A stretch of DNA of 64,000 nucleotides from Cyanidioschyzon merolae (taxonomy: Eukaryota). The first letter of the stretch is position 1; each line of letters starts with the position of its first letter. Shown here piece by piece: positions 20,794 through 32,010 of this stretch. The notes beneath the pieces were generated by a model that was not told the origin of the DNA, searched no databases, and saw only the letters and a list, made by a program, of their open reading frames with translations. The stretch lies in assembly GCA_000091205.1 (NCBI GenBank), contig AP006492.2; one strand, given 5' to 3'. The translations under genes were made by a program, and so were the position numbers.

Positions 20794-22137
20794 ATGCCAC
20801 GTCGGTGTCGCCACACAACTGCGAAGGACAGGCGGGCAGGTGAGAAATGCTGCTGTCGGTGTGGTGCGCTCTGTGAACCTGGGAGCGCGGCAGAAACGGT
20901 ATCCGTTCGGGACGCACCGTGGCAGCATGTCGACGCCAGCGCGGCTGCTGTGTGGACGAGCGCAGTGTACGACGCTGTGTCGCGCCGGTTTCACGACGAC
21001 GACGACAGCGACAACGAACTATCGAGCCCCCTGCTGGCGCTCATGCAACTCGGCTCGGACATGGACTCGGACTTTGAGGCCGACGGTCTACCCAGCGGAG
21101 CGTGGGCGCTCACGCCGCTCGACTTGGACGCGGACTCGGACTCGGACTCGGACTCGCTGCAAGAAAAGACGCGCTCAACTCACACGGGTGAGTCTCGCAC
21201 TGTAACGGCGGAGCGTGGAGCACCTTTGGATAAGAGTGGTCGCTCAGAAACCAGCCCAAGCGAGTCATTGTCTGAGGACTGGCACCGGAAGGAGTTTGAC
21301 ACTGAAAATCTGCAGAGTCTCGCGGAAACAAGCTGGTATCGTAAAACTGGCAACGGCTTACACGCGAAACTGAGCTGGTTGGAGCGGGAGGCGGAATTCA
21401 ACCAGTTGCTGATCGGTCACGGACGCCGAAAGCGGCGGCAAAGACGGAAAAGTGCAGTCAAAGAGAAACGTTTCCTAGAAACAAAAATGAAGCTGGAGGC
21501 CACCATGGATGAGGCGATCCGTACGATGATGCGTTTCTGTGAGGATACCGGACCAAATGCGGTGGACTACGTAGACATGCCAGCCATATGTAGCACGGGC
21601 CGCGAATTCCTTCACCGGCTGGCGCAGGCTTGCCGAACGCGCGTCGTATCGAAGCCTAATGCACATGTAGTAGCGGTCGCTCGAACGCGCAATACTCGAT
21701 GGTGCGGGCTTGAAGAGGCGCAACGGCTGGCCTCGGAATGTTCCGAGAAGGCGCTGCTCAAGCAAAGCGGCCTCTATAGGACACGTCGTGAAACGCGTAC
21801 GAACGACGCCTCGCGGTCGAACGCTTCGGCGACGTCGGCAAAGCGCTCCCCTGAGGACACGGAGAAGCAACAGAAACAGTTCACCAAGGGTACGGTTCAC
21901 ACCGAGCGGGGACGTGCCCAGCTGCAGCAGACCGCGCTTGCCGTTCAGCCAGTTGCAGCCGAGAATCGCGGCCACGAATTGATGCGGCGGCTCGGGTGGC
22001 AACCTGGGCAGGCACTTGGTGCACAAACCGGTGGCGAGCGAGCACTTTTGGAACCGCTCAAAGCGACGTTGCGGCCACCTCGCCGGGGTCTTGGCGCTGC
22101 ACACGCAACTGCGTCTAGTGGAACACCTCCGAAATAG
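20794..22137 (+). CDS. G-patch domain-containing protein
   Basis: C-terminal G-patch (..AENRGHELMRRLGWQPGQALGAQTGGERALLEPLKATLRPPRRGLG..). An acidic (GACTCG)n tract encodes DSDSDSDS. The ORF-track start at 20779 is TTG; the first ATG is at 20794. The CDS ends about 200 bp before Fanzor copy A2. Confidence 0.55.
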   Translation: MPRRCRHTTAKDRRAGEKCCCRCGALCEPGSAAETVSVRDAPWQHVDASAAAVWTSAVYDAVSRRFHDDDDSDNELSSPLLALMQLGSDMDSDFEADGLPSGAWALTPLDLDADSDSDSDSLQEKTRSTHTGESRTVTAERGAPLDKSGRSETSPSESLSEDWHRKEFDTENLQSLAETSWYRKTGNGLHAKLSWLEREAEFNQLLIGHGRRKRRQRRKSAVKEKRFLETKMKLEATMDEAIRTMMRFCEDTGPNAVDYVDMPAICSTGREFLHRLAQACRTRVVSKPNAHVVAVARTRNTRWCGLEEAQRLASECSEKALLKQSGLYRTRRETRTNDASRSNASATSAKRSPEDTEKQQKQFTKGTVHTERGRAQLQQTALAVQPVAAENRGHELMRRLGWQPGQALGAQTGGERALLEPLKATLRPPRRGLGAAHATASSGTPPK

Positions 22138-22223
22138 CAGGAGCAGGCTGACGAACCATGTGAAACGAACGCGCAAAGCGTTCAGCTTTGGAAGAATGCG
22201 GAGTGATGCATCCGTGTCTGCTG

Positions 22224-22829
22224 TCACCGCCTCGTCTGGAGATGGAGGATGCACTTTAGTATCGAGAATGATGCCGTGCACGCGACCTCGGGTGACACTC
22301 GCGAACGCCGTTCAAAAGTCGAAAGCAGTCGCCAGCGGTTTACAGTAGTGGCGGCGAACGCGCCCAAGACAAAACTTCTCCAACTGACGTGCAGACGCCT
22401 CCCAGCCTTTTTGGACCGGCCGCCTACTAAGGGTTTCAACTTTTTCTCATATAATTCCACCTTGAGAGGTTCTTCCGCGAAATTCTCTCTGGTCAACTCT
22501 GGAGGTCTTCTTTCTATCACCGCGCACCTCCTTACATTGATAGCGGCGTTAAAGTCTTGGTTCACAAACTTCATACGTTTCTTGCTATTGATTGTACTTC
22601 CGGATGCACCTAGTCCAGAAACTTTCGCTTTCCTTCCCATGTGCTCTTCTGTTAGCGCTCCGTACTTTTGTATATCTTCAGGGCTCCTCGGGCACTTTTC
22701 CATCTCCACCCTCTGAAGTGTACATCCCAACTCATCGTGTATAGGCGATTTCCGGAACTCATCGATCGGTATCGTAACGAAACGCCTGCGCACTCCTTGT
22801 ATGTTCTTGTTGACGGCGCTGGTTGACAC
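22224..22829 (-). CDS. Fanzor/TnpB-like nuclease C-terminal segment (RuvC-II, RuvC-III), copy A2
   Basis: Carries the same TIPIDEF and VNQDFNAAINVRR motifs. Its C-terminus reads through into flanking DNA because the stop codon present in copy A1 is absent here. Confidence 0.75.
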   Translation of the reverse strand: MSTSAVNKNIQGVRRRFVTIPIDEFRKSPIHDELGCTLQRVEMEKCPRSPEDIQKYGALTEEHMGRKAKVSGLGASGSTINSKKRMKFVNQDFNAAINVRRCAVIERRPPELTRENFAEEPLKVELYEKKLKPLVGGRSKKAGRRLHVSWRSFVLGAFAATTVNRWRLLSTFERRSRVSPEVACTASFSILKCILHLQTRR

Positions 22830-22894
22830 GCTTTCTGGGTCATCCAGTGCCCTGATCCATACGCTACTAAAAGCCTCTTACTCTTATCTTCCTT

Positions 22895-23962
22895 TCAGGC
22901 GCTCAACTGATTGAAGAAATCCGCGGTCGCCCGCTGCTTCCCACAGTATAGATTAACGCGCAGACGAGCCCACCGGGGCTTGGCGTACTCTTTCCACGGC
23001 GCTTCCCAGTCAGCAACACGGACTTTCGTGAATTTCAGAAAAGTTCGAAAGTCCGCTCCTCGGCTCGTCACCTCGCTCATAGCTTCCAGGTGCTCGTTCG
23101 CTCCTGCATTCCATGTCTCAACTTTCTTCCTTGCATTCATTATGCCCGATTCTCGACAGTATCTTGCTCTCGAGAGCTTGAAAAGACGCATGTCTTTCTG
23201 ACGCAAGTCACCGTCACTGCCATCTTCTGCACGCTTCGGTGCTGCGACGGCTATATTCATCGTGTTTCCGGGGTCCACGCCAACGACAAAGTCACTCTCA
23301 TGCACGTTCTGTGTGGCAGGATCCGCCTCCTTCTCATCTTCATGCTTCGTCACGGGCGAAGCCGAAGGCACGATAGGACGATCCGCCTTCAACCGCCGAC
23401 AGTGTGCACACATGGACACTCCATCGGTTTCGATCGTGCCCGTGAATACCCTCTGCTTGCTCACTTTGCGACGTTTGAAATAGAAGATATTCTTCCAGTA
23501 CGTCTCCCGGCTTTCACCGGTGAACTCCGTCTTCCTTCCATCGAACTGCGGACAGGTCTCCTCCATGACGCCGTAGAGGACTCTGGAGTCGATAATCACA
23601 TAGTGCGACTTGATGCTGCACAGCGGAGCGACGTAGAAGCGCTTACCCAGAAGCGCGGCCTTCTGTCGCTCCGGCTCTTCATTTGCTTTCTGACTCGGCT
23701 CCATCTCCGCCTTGCGCTCGAGTTTTCGGTTCAGGAATCCGAAATAGCGCACAATGGGGCGATAACATCTTTCTTCATCTCTTTTCATATCTGGTACCTT
23801 TTCCGCTCGATTCGCCAGCGCCAAGACTGCACGGTGCTCTTGAATAGCCGCGCGGATTACAGAAGCTTCATTCAGGCACCGGCGTGACGTCTTCTTGTCG
23901 ACAAATTCGATCTCCTGTACGTTCTGGCGATCGTTCGTGATGCCGTCGATGATGGCCCACAT
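22895..23962 (-). CDS. Fanzor/TnpB-like nuclease central segment (RuvC-I), copy A2
   Basis: 355 aa, [17 protein letters not shown], near-identical to 1985-3052. Confidence 0.75.
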   Translation of the reverse strand: MWAIIDGITNDRQNVQEIEFVDKKTSRRCLNEASVIRAAIQEHRAVLALANRAEKVPDMKRDEERCYRPIVRYFGFLNRKLERKAEMEPSQKANEEPERQKAALLGKRFYVAPLCSIKSHYVIIDSRVLYGVMEETCPQFDGRKTEFTGESRETYWKNIFYFKRRKVSKQRVFTGTIETDGVSMCAHCRRLKADRPIVPSASPVTKHEDEKEADPATQNVHESDFVVGVDPGNTMNIAVAAPKRAEDGSDGDLRQKDMRLFKLSRARYCRESGIMNARKKVETWNAGANEHLEAMSEVTSRGADFRTFLKFTKVRVADWEAPWKEYAKPRWARLRVNLYCGKQRATADFFNQLSA

Positions 23963-24162
23963 CGCGCGGCGAGAGAGGCCGGGGGGTCCAGCGCAAACAT
24001 GGCGCGTATCATGAAGCGTTCGAGGTTCACGATCATATCGTTCTTCAGGTGCGTGAGGTGCTTGACTGCCCCGCTGGTGTAAACACGCAAGTCACCCCTG
24101 TATCGAGTAACGTTGAAGCGGTATGCAGCATCATTTTTCATGCCGGGCATCCACTCGCTCAT
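23872..24162 (-). CDS. putative N-terminal segment of Fanzor/TnpB-like protein, copy A2 (frameshifted relative to central segment)
   Basis: Near-identical to the 2983-3252 ORF and overlaps the next frame in the same way. Confidence 0.4.
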   Translation of the reverse strand: MSEWMPGMKNDAAYRFNVTRYRGDLRVYTSGAVKHLTHLKNDMIVNLERFMIRAMFALDPPASLAARCGPSSTASRTIARTYRRSNLSTRRRHAGA

Positions 24163-24946
24163 TTCGCCGCGACGTTTCCCCTATAGCAAGCATGAGGTGA
24201 CGAGTAAAGGTCTTGTAGAAGGCACGTTCCGAAACCTCAGCTGTTTCCAAGTGCGTCACGTCGCGATACATCTCCCTCGTCATATGCATCGGTCCTCAAG
24301 AAGCCTTGCAAACACTCCCGGAGTTCGACTCGGCACGGTTTCTGATGGCATCTCGCAACTTTTCCCCGTGCGGAGCAGTAGTATGCTTAAGAAGACAGGC
24401 TCTCACCACCATCTCGTCGTATCGCCGTCTTTCTTGCAGCCTTTATTGTCGGACCTCCCGCTTTTGCTCCTTCGTCCTCTCCTGTTCTTCTGAACTCGGC
24501 ACCGTTTTTTGTTTTTTCTCTGCCGGCTGTCGACGCTGTGCCCCCAGGATCCTCCATTTCCTTTTCCATGACTTTCCTTTTTTACATATTTGGAAATGAG
24601 ACTTCTTTGACCGCTTCTGCTACAAACCGCGAAAAATCACTTGAAAACAGTTACTTGAGGGTTAGTACACAACTGAGGTGAAGGACTGTACTCTGCTACG
24701 ACTGCAACGCAAATACGACCTGTACGGTAGAGCAACAAGAAAACGATTAGGAAAGATCGCGTTTCCCTTCAACGGCGAGATGCGCGTCCCGTCTCATGCC
24801 CGCCAGGTATCCCGGGTGCGCCTAGAGTGCGCGCCGCGTGCGCCACCGCAAGCGTTACAAATCGAAACACGCGCCGCAGCGCCAACGAACGCGCCATGCT
24901 TCATGCTTAGCGTTTTCGGGGGCTCACGTACTAGACGCCGCACAGT

Positions 24947-26236
24947 GTGATACCCGAGGCGCTCCGCTGCTGGTGGCGACTGTTTTTGGACAATAAACCG
25001 CACCGGGTCATGGATGCTGAACCGCAGCTCACCGCTGGGTCAGCAGAAACAGCATCAGCCTGCACTGCGTGCAACTCGTATGAAGCACAAATAAGAGAGA
25101 AGCGGCTTCGGAATCAGCGCCTTCTCGAGTCGCTCGGGATCGCGCAAAGTCGCGCTGTACTCCTCGGCAAGGCTGCGGGGAAGCGCAGCGAATCACTGAC
25201 CATTGGTGAGGACGCTGATCGCCCACAGAAACGAGGGCGGCGCGCTCGAAGCATCGCCGCCAACGCTGTGGCGCTACAGCTTTCCGTTCAGACGCGCAGT
25301 CTGCGCAGACGCTGCTCGCAAACGGAAACGAACGCCGCGGTGGATCCACTCACAACAGTCTCAGTGAATGCTTCGTCCGAGCGCGATGCCGATTCGAATC
25401 TGCTTCATGGTTTCCTCTCCATGCGGGCAAGCGAGAAATCGCCTCCATCTCTAGGAAGGTATGCATTTTGGGAGCCAATATATGACCCTAGAAATGATGA
25501 CGCGAGCTCCATAGCGGAAACCGAAAACCACTCCGCTGTGAAGGATCACTCGGGTCGACTGTTCGTTTTATCGAAGAAGCGAGTCGTCTCTGTGCGGCCC
25601 AATGAAGCTGGCAAGACGGCGCCGAAACAGACTCCTGCCGATCTGCGTGCTGAAAAGCGCCGCGCGTTCGAAAGTCGCTTCTGCGCGGATCTACCCCGCG
25701 AGCCGGCACCGTACGCCCTGCGTCGACTGCTGAACCATCATAGCATTGCTGCCTTCTGTTGCGGTACCGTCGCCGTGCCGTTCACACTTCGCTCCATTGG
25801 TGTTACCGTTCGGAGCTTAGGTCAGCTCGTGATTCGTCCGGATGATCCATTGGTGGAGCGAAAGTGGTTCTCGTCGCGCCTGGCTATGTACGCACATCCG
25901 TTTCCAACAGGTTATCATGCGACGAAAACGCACTGGAACCGGCTCTGGCATATGCACATCGAATCCGACCCGAATGGAGGCGGTCCCTTTTTCATCGTCA
26001 AAAGTGATGACGGTCGCGAGACCTACCGACGCCATACGCCATCGCATGCCTGGATGGACGCATGCCTCCATAGTCATGCGCCTGGGACGCGAATCAGCGG
26101 ACCCTTGTTTTTCGGATTCAGTGACCCGTGGCTGCAAACCGTAATCCAAACTCAATTAGTAGCTGATGCAGAGAAATCCGGGATGTTTCGGGATTCATCG
26201 ACCGCTTCTGAATGCATACTCGGCATGAAACGCTGA
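24947..26236 (+). CDS. hypothetical protein (429 aa) immediately flanking Fanzor copy A2
   Basis: Long ORF with no recognised domain. The start codon is uncertain; an internal ATG (MDAEPQL..) lies at about 25010. Confidence 0.35.
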   Translation: MIPEALRCWWRLFLDNKPHRVMDAEPQLTAGSAETASACTACNSYEAQIREKRLRNQRLLESLGIAQSRAVLLGKAAGKRSESLTIGEDADRPQKRGRRARSIAANAVALQLSVQTRSLRRRCSQTETNAAVDPLTTVSVNASSERDADSNLLHGFLSMRASEKSPPSLGRYAFWEPIYDPRNDDASSIAETENHSAVKDHSGRLFVLSKKRVVSVRPNEAGKTAPKQTPADLRAEKRRAFESRFCADLPREPAPYALRRLLNHHSIAAFCCGTVAVPFTLRSIGVTVRSLGQLVIRPDDPLVERKWFSSRLAMYAHPFPTGYHATKTHWNRLWHMHIESDPNGGGPFFIVKSDDGRETYRRHTPSHAWMDACLHSHAPGTRISGPLFFGFSDPWLQTVIQTQLVADAEKSGMFRDSSTASECILGMKR

Positions 26237-26999
26237 TGATCAATACCGAGAACCTGGGCATTGCTTCTGCACCCGATTCAGAATACTATAGATCGGATCG
26301 ATGTATCTGGCTCGGGTGTGCACGCTAAAGGTTGGGACTCGTCCTAATGCCATGGACACAAGGCGTTGCGAACTCTTTCTGCGACATCGAGCTCTTGCTC
26401 TACGCTCTCTCCGGCTCTAAAAAACGCCAGTTGCTGCTCCTTATCCAGCTCCGTTGTCACCTATCGGTGCGTGTTGATAGCAACGCCCAAGTCCCGAACT
26501 CGCTGTGTACGAATGTTGTCGATGCATTTGATGTAGAGTCGGCAGTTACGATCTACATGACACTGACTATTTTTCGTCTTTTTTTTTGTATACAGCCCTG
26601 ATGCGCCTTTCGCAGCGGTGACACTCGTTTGTGATCAAGAGTTCCCGAACGTCCACTGTATTTCGTCCTTCGTGCACCGAATTGTGGCACCTAAAAGCTC
26701 GCTGTGTCGCTCGATACATGCACTTCACGGGTACGGAAGGGTTTAGTCAACGTCCTCCTCCGTTTCCACGCCTGGTGACACGCCCTGGGATCCAGGGCTT
26801 CTGCTAGGCGATCCCCTTTGGCAAGTACGCTGCCCACTGCAAGTGCAAGCACATGATGCTCTGCTCGATTGATGATTTTTGGGACTTGGCGTTGTCCACG
26901 ATCAAAAAGGTACCGGGCCCAGAATCCAAGCCGGAGAACAATTCGAGAAACCTCGGTCCATCCGCGCTCCTCTCGAACAAAGCGCTTACACACGCTCCA

Positions 27000-27650
27000 T
27001 CGTAATCTATCGAAAGAACAGAAATCAAAAACTGATTAGCAACAAGATAAGAAATGCTTTCCACCTCTACGATAACCGTTGAAAGGGGAAAGATTTCTGT
27101 AGTTTCGAAAGTTTGGCTTCTAGGCGCAAGGTCATGCGAGCCGGACGAGTCTGCGGGGCTAGCGTTTCATGCTTCCCCCAGCGGCACTCGCTGAGGCGAC
27201 ATCAGATCAGCACATCCGCAACGCCGTTCATTCTGGCATCACAAGTCGTTGGAATGCGTCTGGGCGTCGCCCTGGTCGCAGTGGCTTCCTAGCATTCCGC
27301 TTAGTGTCGCCACAGGCAGTAAGTCGATCTGCGGAGCTTGCAAGCCCCCATAATGATTATGTTACTCGGACCCCGTGTCGAATGAACCACGTCTCGAGTC
27401 GACGCCCTCAGTGTCATGGCAAAGCCGTTCTGTCTCCGTGCTGCATCCGCACGATCAGTATTGAGGCGCTCCTACGGGTGCTCATGGCAAGTTTGGCGCA
27501 CGATGGAACGTACAGAACGACCAGTACATCCGAGAGCAGGTCATGGAACTTGAAGGTGCTGTTCAGCGTGATGGACGCTTTCCCGAATGTCAATTTCCAT
27601 CCCGCAATCTGGGATCCATGGTATATGTACTGAACCTGTAAAACCAAAAA
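27000..27650. repeat. paralogous segment X2, directly upstream of the diverged 1.28-kb repeat partial copy
   Basis: See X1 for the similarity evidence. Confidence 0.5.
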
Positions 27651-27659
27651 GACTGGAAT

Positions 27660-28250
27660 CAGTCGCAACGATGACTCAAACCCGATTCCATGATCTTTCT
27701 ACATGCGAACAGAAGAAATGGGAGCCGCTGGAGACGTATCTCATAAACGGTACCATGGTACTGTCGAATCAAGTTCCTTCAACCACCAAAACCAGAGGAG
27801 GATTTATCTTTCGAGCTGACTCAGTTATTTCAAATAACCACTTTGGTAAAGTTTCTGCGTGAGCTCAAGAAGAGGCCATCAAAGGACGACATCCGATTTC
27901 TTTCCTCGTCTATCCAGGATCGCGTATGGCTTCGCCCACCAGTTGCCTTGAAACAAAAAGGTCGACAAATGAATGAATCCGACATTTGAGCACACTACAC
28001 ATATGGTAAGGAGAAGAACGGAGGCTTGCACGTATGCATTGGATAATATCATTGATTATTTTTCGAAAAACTGTACGAGTCCATCGAGAATCATCTCAAC
28101 TCCACTGACGTAAAGAAATCCATCGGCGACTCGTCGAAGCAGGCACTCTCCGAAATCACAACCGAGAATCCGAAACCCAGGGATGCAATCGAAATCCCGG
28201 ATCGCTGCAACACGCATCTCCATGCTGTACATCTTGCGAACAACTTAGAA
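27660..28250. repeat. diverged partial copy (3' half) of the 1.28-kb repeat
   Basis: About 70-75% nucleotide similarity to 31540-32000 (for example ..gcattggataat.., ..cgagaatcatctcaactccactgacgtaaagaaat..). ORF 27587-27862 ends ..VLSNQVPSTTKTRGGFIFRADSV.., matching the repeat ORF ..VLQSNAVASMTAKRGRFVTTRSV... Confidence 0.55.
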
Positions 28251-28279
28251 TGAATTGAACGATTATACCAGAGCAGCCG

Positions 28280-28915
28280 TTGTGTCCATTTTCTTTTGAT
28301 GTGGGAGATCGCGCAGCGGGCGTTGTCTGTTGTCCAACCAGCGGCTACGAAGCGACGTTTGCGGCTTACGTCTATTGTATCGCTCTGTTCACGACCTCTG
28401 TTTTCCTGGTTGCTCAAATGAGGCCACTTCGGTTTATGACACGTGTGGCCGTGGGTTTAACTGGCGCGCTGGCGCTGGGAGCGGCTGCATCCGTCCTCCA
28501 AGATCCACTTTATCCAACAAGAGTGCTCTACACGCACACAACGAGTTTATCGGGACCGCGCTCGACAGCGGCGCTCATTGGCCGCCTGTATGCAACGTGG
28601 TTGCTGACGTCTGGAAGTGTGCGCATCGTTGCGGCAGTTCGTTACGGCTCCGTGGCGTGTCGTCTGCTAGCTGCACTCACGTACGTCATCGCACTCGCGC
28701 ACTTCTACACGGAGGTGTTCTGGTTCGGTACATTATCGCTGCACCCGGCCGGTCGTTTACCGATCATCGTTGCTAGCTGTTGCCTTGGACTGCTGTTTTT
28801 GGACGCGGTGTCGACAGTGATCCTCCAGATGCGCGGTGGCAAGCACCACCCTGAGAAGAGCGGGCCCGGGCGCGGCACCGCAAGATCCCAAAGGCCAAGA
28901 CGTCTTGATGACTAG
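28280..28915 (+). CDS. hypothetical multi-pass membrane protein (211 aa)
   Basis: Several hydrophobic helices (..YVYCIALFTTSVFLVAQ.., ..VAVGLTGALALGAAASV.., ..LPIIVASCCLGLLFLDAV..). Confidence 0.3.
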   Translation: MCPFSFDVGDRAAGVVCCPTSGYEATFAAYVYCIALFTTSVFLVAQMRPLRFMTRVAVGLTGALALGAAASVLQDPLYPTRVLYTHTTSLSGPRSTAALIGRLYATWLLTSGSVRIVAAVRYGSVACRLLAALTYVIALAHFYTEVFWFGTLSLHPAGRLPIIVASCCLGLLFLDAVSTVILQMRGGKHHPEKSGPGRGTARSQRPRRLDD

Positions 28916-30012
28916 GACGCGTCTACAGAGAGAGCTCCTTTTTAAGGTTGAGGATGTTGCTCGAGCGGGTATATCTTCGATGAAGCGTGCTTTGTCAGCA
29001 GATAAGCACGAAAGAAAGCGGAGATGTGCAGGGCATGGATAAGTTCGCGCGACTACGGCCAGAGGTATATCCGCGAGCAGGGCACCCGAGTGCGCCCAGA
29101 ACGCATAGAGTTGCACGGCTAGACCGACACGAGGAAGCGCAGGAAAACGCGGAATGTGCACGGGTCATCGAGCCAACCTCAATGCGCAAGAGTGATGCGT
29201 GTTGTTCTTCAACGAGATACTTGAGTGAACGCAACTTGTCTCAACGCGGACTCCAAGCTGTCCTCTGGATACCGAAGAGTCATCCGCCGAAGACTTGCGA
29301 GGCGTGTCGAGCGGACGTCCACAGACATTTGTTTTTTTGTCTGACGTTGGACACGTATGCATTACGTTGATCGAGGAGTGTGCATGCCTCGCATAGCGCG
29401 CTGTCGTCATCAACCGCCAAGGTCTTGTACTCTTTGAATGCGGTTGAAGCAATGCTACACTGAGCGTGTGCTTCTATCGCGCTAGCGACACCATAGCATA
29501 GAACCTTACTATGACTAGCAGGTCTTCCATTTGTGCAGCTCCCGGGAGCAGACACGTTTTCCAACGGACGGAATTCCATTTGCTTCACGGGAAGAAACGA
29601 GAGCCTAGCTTTCCCAAGCATCGCTTCCCAGCCGAGGCGATTGTACCATTTGCTGGATTGAGATCCAGCCATTCTGTATGTTGACGCGCTTTCATTTCAA
29701 CATCCTGACATGTGGTAACATGTTCAGACAATCTCATTGCATGAATTTCGAATAAAGCAACCTGTACAACTTTTGTACCTGTCTGTCAGAGACCTGACTT
29801 GCAGCAGCAGCAGCAGCAGCGACCTCCTTATTGTCAATGCTGAACTTGTCTGCAACGTACCGCAAAGTTTCGTTCGACATTTCAGCAATGCGCTCCAAGA
29901 CTCGTTCGCAGAATAGGCACGGGCCAGTTCAGTCGTTTTCAGACTGCTCCAGTGGCGCTCTAGAACCGAGCAGTGTCCCAGGACGGGTCGGTGAGAGGTT
30001 CCGTTTCCCACG

Positions 30013-30459
30013 CTAACTACCTTCCGTTGTACACGCGGCCTGCTCAGACGCTGTTTCCGATGGGTTTACAGCTGCGTCCGCTAAGAGGTTCGGAATGCCG
30101 TCGGCAATTACATAAAACTCTCCGTGTTCGCAGTGCAACTGGCCGCCTACGACGTGCGTCTCGAGCAACAGTCGCTGAAGAGCATCCAAAAGCGGCAAAC
30201 GGTCTCCGCTTTCGACCGCTTTTTCCAGCGCCGGCAGCTCCGAGGGGCTTGGAGCTGCTTCCGGCAGTGCATCCACACAGTCAGATTCTACAGAGACCGC
30301 TGCTGCTCGTAGCAGCGACCAGTCGAGTCGTGGGATCATGCGCAGCAGAAACCTGGGTTGGTACTCCACTGGGATTATGTCTACAGCGGAAACGTTACGG
30401 ATCGCCAATGGTTTCTTGTGTACGGGACAGATCAACAAGTTATGGGTCAGGAGACGCAT
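30013..30459 (-). CDS. TRM112-like methyltransferase activator subunit
   Basis: N-terminal MRLLTHNLLICPV and C-terminal ..HCEHGEFYVIADGIPNLL.., matching the Trm112 zinc-ribbon-like ends, with an inserted low-complexity middle. Confidence 0.65.
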   Translation of the reverse strand: MRLLTHNLLICPVHKKPLAIRNVSAVDIIPVEYQPRFLLRMIPRLDWSLLRAAAVSVESDCVDALPEAAPSPSELPALEKAVESGDRLPLLDALQRLLLETHVVGGQLHCEHGEFYVIADGIPNLLADAAVNPSETASEQAACTTEGS

Positions 30460-30732
30460 TGATCTCTTAAAAGAAAACGAGTTTCGTGCAAGCGGCCTCT
30501 GAAGCTGCGACTCGTTCGTTTTGTAAAGTTCGCTGCGGTCGTCCGGGCCGAAAACGCCGAGCGACTGTACGAATGTCTTTACGATGAACGCGTTATGTGC
30601 TAAGTTCGTGCTTTTGCTGACAGCGACCGCGCAACCGGGGGTTTGCAGTCAGATAAAACGTGCTTTTATCATTAAAAAGCATTTACTTGCCAGTGGGCGC
30701 TATGCGGTCCTTAAGCGCCGAAGGCAGCGATA

Positions 30733-32010
30733 TCAGAATATCATAGAACCGGTCTATACAGCCACCATAAGCATGTACACTCTGAAGTTTGCATCGTTTT
30801 CAGTGGCCACCAACGCCCGGGCCTTGGCGAGCTTTTTCCGCGACTGGTTCCTGTTCCTCTAGCTGATTTCCGGCTAGAAATACGCAGGTCTCTCCTTGTT
30901 ATCCCGCCCAGTTGTAGGCAATCGAAGGATGCTGAAGGCAGTGCTCCCGTCCATATCTCGTTGCTTCTCGGTGTTGTCAATACATCTAACAGAGAGACAG
31001 TGGTTGCGATCTGGGCATCGCTTGTCATCTCCATGTTCGATGAACGCTGCCTCGAGGCGCACTTGCAGCGGTGACAGTTGACTGTGGTCAGATGCTCCCG
31101 TATGCTCAGCAGGCCTCCTCGTGGTCAGCAGATCGCCGCCCTGTGGCGCATGAGGGCTAGCACCAGCGCCCGGTACTTGCCATTGACGGGTGCAGGAGGC
31201 TTTGTATTTGCTGGCCTCCGCCGCTTCCGTGCCCGATGCAGTGCCCTAGCATCACGTGCTTCTTCAGGGCAATCCATTTGACAAGTACTGTGACTTGTTT
31301 TACAAGCAAGCGCACGCACTTTCATTCGATAAATGATTTTTGGGGCGCCAGCTTACCCGCGATGCAGCGAGCACCGAAACGAAAATCCAGATTTCAAACC
31401 GAGTCCAGCGATTCCGATCCCTCTACGCTCCCTTTGTGGAAAGCGGTGACGCGAGCTCCAAAAAAAGATGTTGCTGCGATGATGGAAATTCGAGCCCAAG
31501 ACGATTTCCTGCTAGAGCTGCGTCGGAAGCCTCTGGACGCACGTTCCGCGAGAGATGTGGTGCTGCAGTCGAATGCAGTTGCATCCATGACTGCAAAGCG
31601 AGGAAGATTTGTCACGACAAGATCGGTGAATCTTCGGCATGAGCTTATGCGGAAGTTGTCAAGCGACGACGCTGAGCTTTTTGTTGTCAATCCAGCGGCT
31701 CGACATGCTGTGCCCAAGAGTTGCCTTGAACCAGACGGATTGAATACTTGAAGAATGCATAGTTTTAGCACACTACGCATAAGAAAACGATAATCTAGGA
31801 GGTTTCTACTTTTGCATCGGATAATGCAATGGGTTAATTTACGAGCCCTTGCTCGAGTGCGTCGCGAATCATCTTGACACCGGTGACGTAACGAATGCCA
31901 GCGGCAGACAGTCGAGGGCGCCACTCCGAAAACACGACCGAGAACCCTAAATCGACTAGTGAACCCCTGCATCCTTTTTGCTGCGTTTGGAATGTCGAGC
32001 TGTATATCTA
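30733..32010. repeat. 1.28-kb interspersed repeat, copy R-A
   Basis: Near-identical to 55181-56470; the ORF-track proteins in the two copies are identical or near-identical. Boundaries are set where the flanks become unrelated. Confidence 0.8.
31362..31751 (+). CDS. hypothetical small basic protein (~129 aa, MQRAPKRKSRFQ...) encoded by the 1.28-kb repeat
   Basis: The ORF is conserved between copies with 3 substitutions and an in-frame 3-nt indel (A7 versus A11 run: APKKD versus AQKKKD), suggesting coding constraint. The N-terminus is lysine/arginine-rich and NLS-like. I recognise no domain. Confidence 0.45.
   Translation: MQRAPKRKSRFQTESSDSDPSTLPLWKAVTRAPKKDVAAMMEIRAQDDFLLELRRKPLDARSARDVVLQSNAVASMTAKRGRFVTTRSVNLRHELMRKLSSDDAELFVVNPAARHAVPKSCLEPDGLNT

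Larger units (their letters stand above)
22345..24788 (-). mobile_element. Fanzor/TnpB-like element, copy A2, ~2.44 kb
   Basis: Near-identical to 1425-3888, including the same four-frame fragmentation and the same G6 run (about 23991-23996). The ORF-track proteins at 22895-23962 and 1985-3052 differ at about 7 of 355 residues. Confidence 0.8.
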
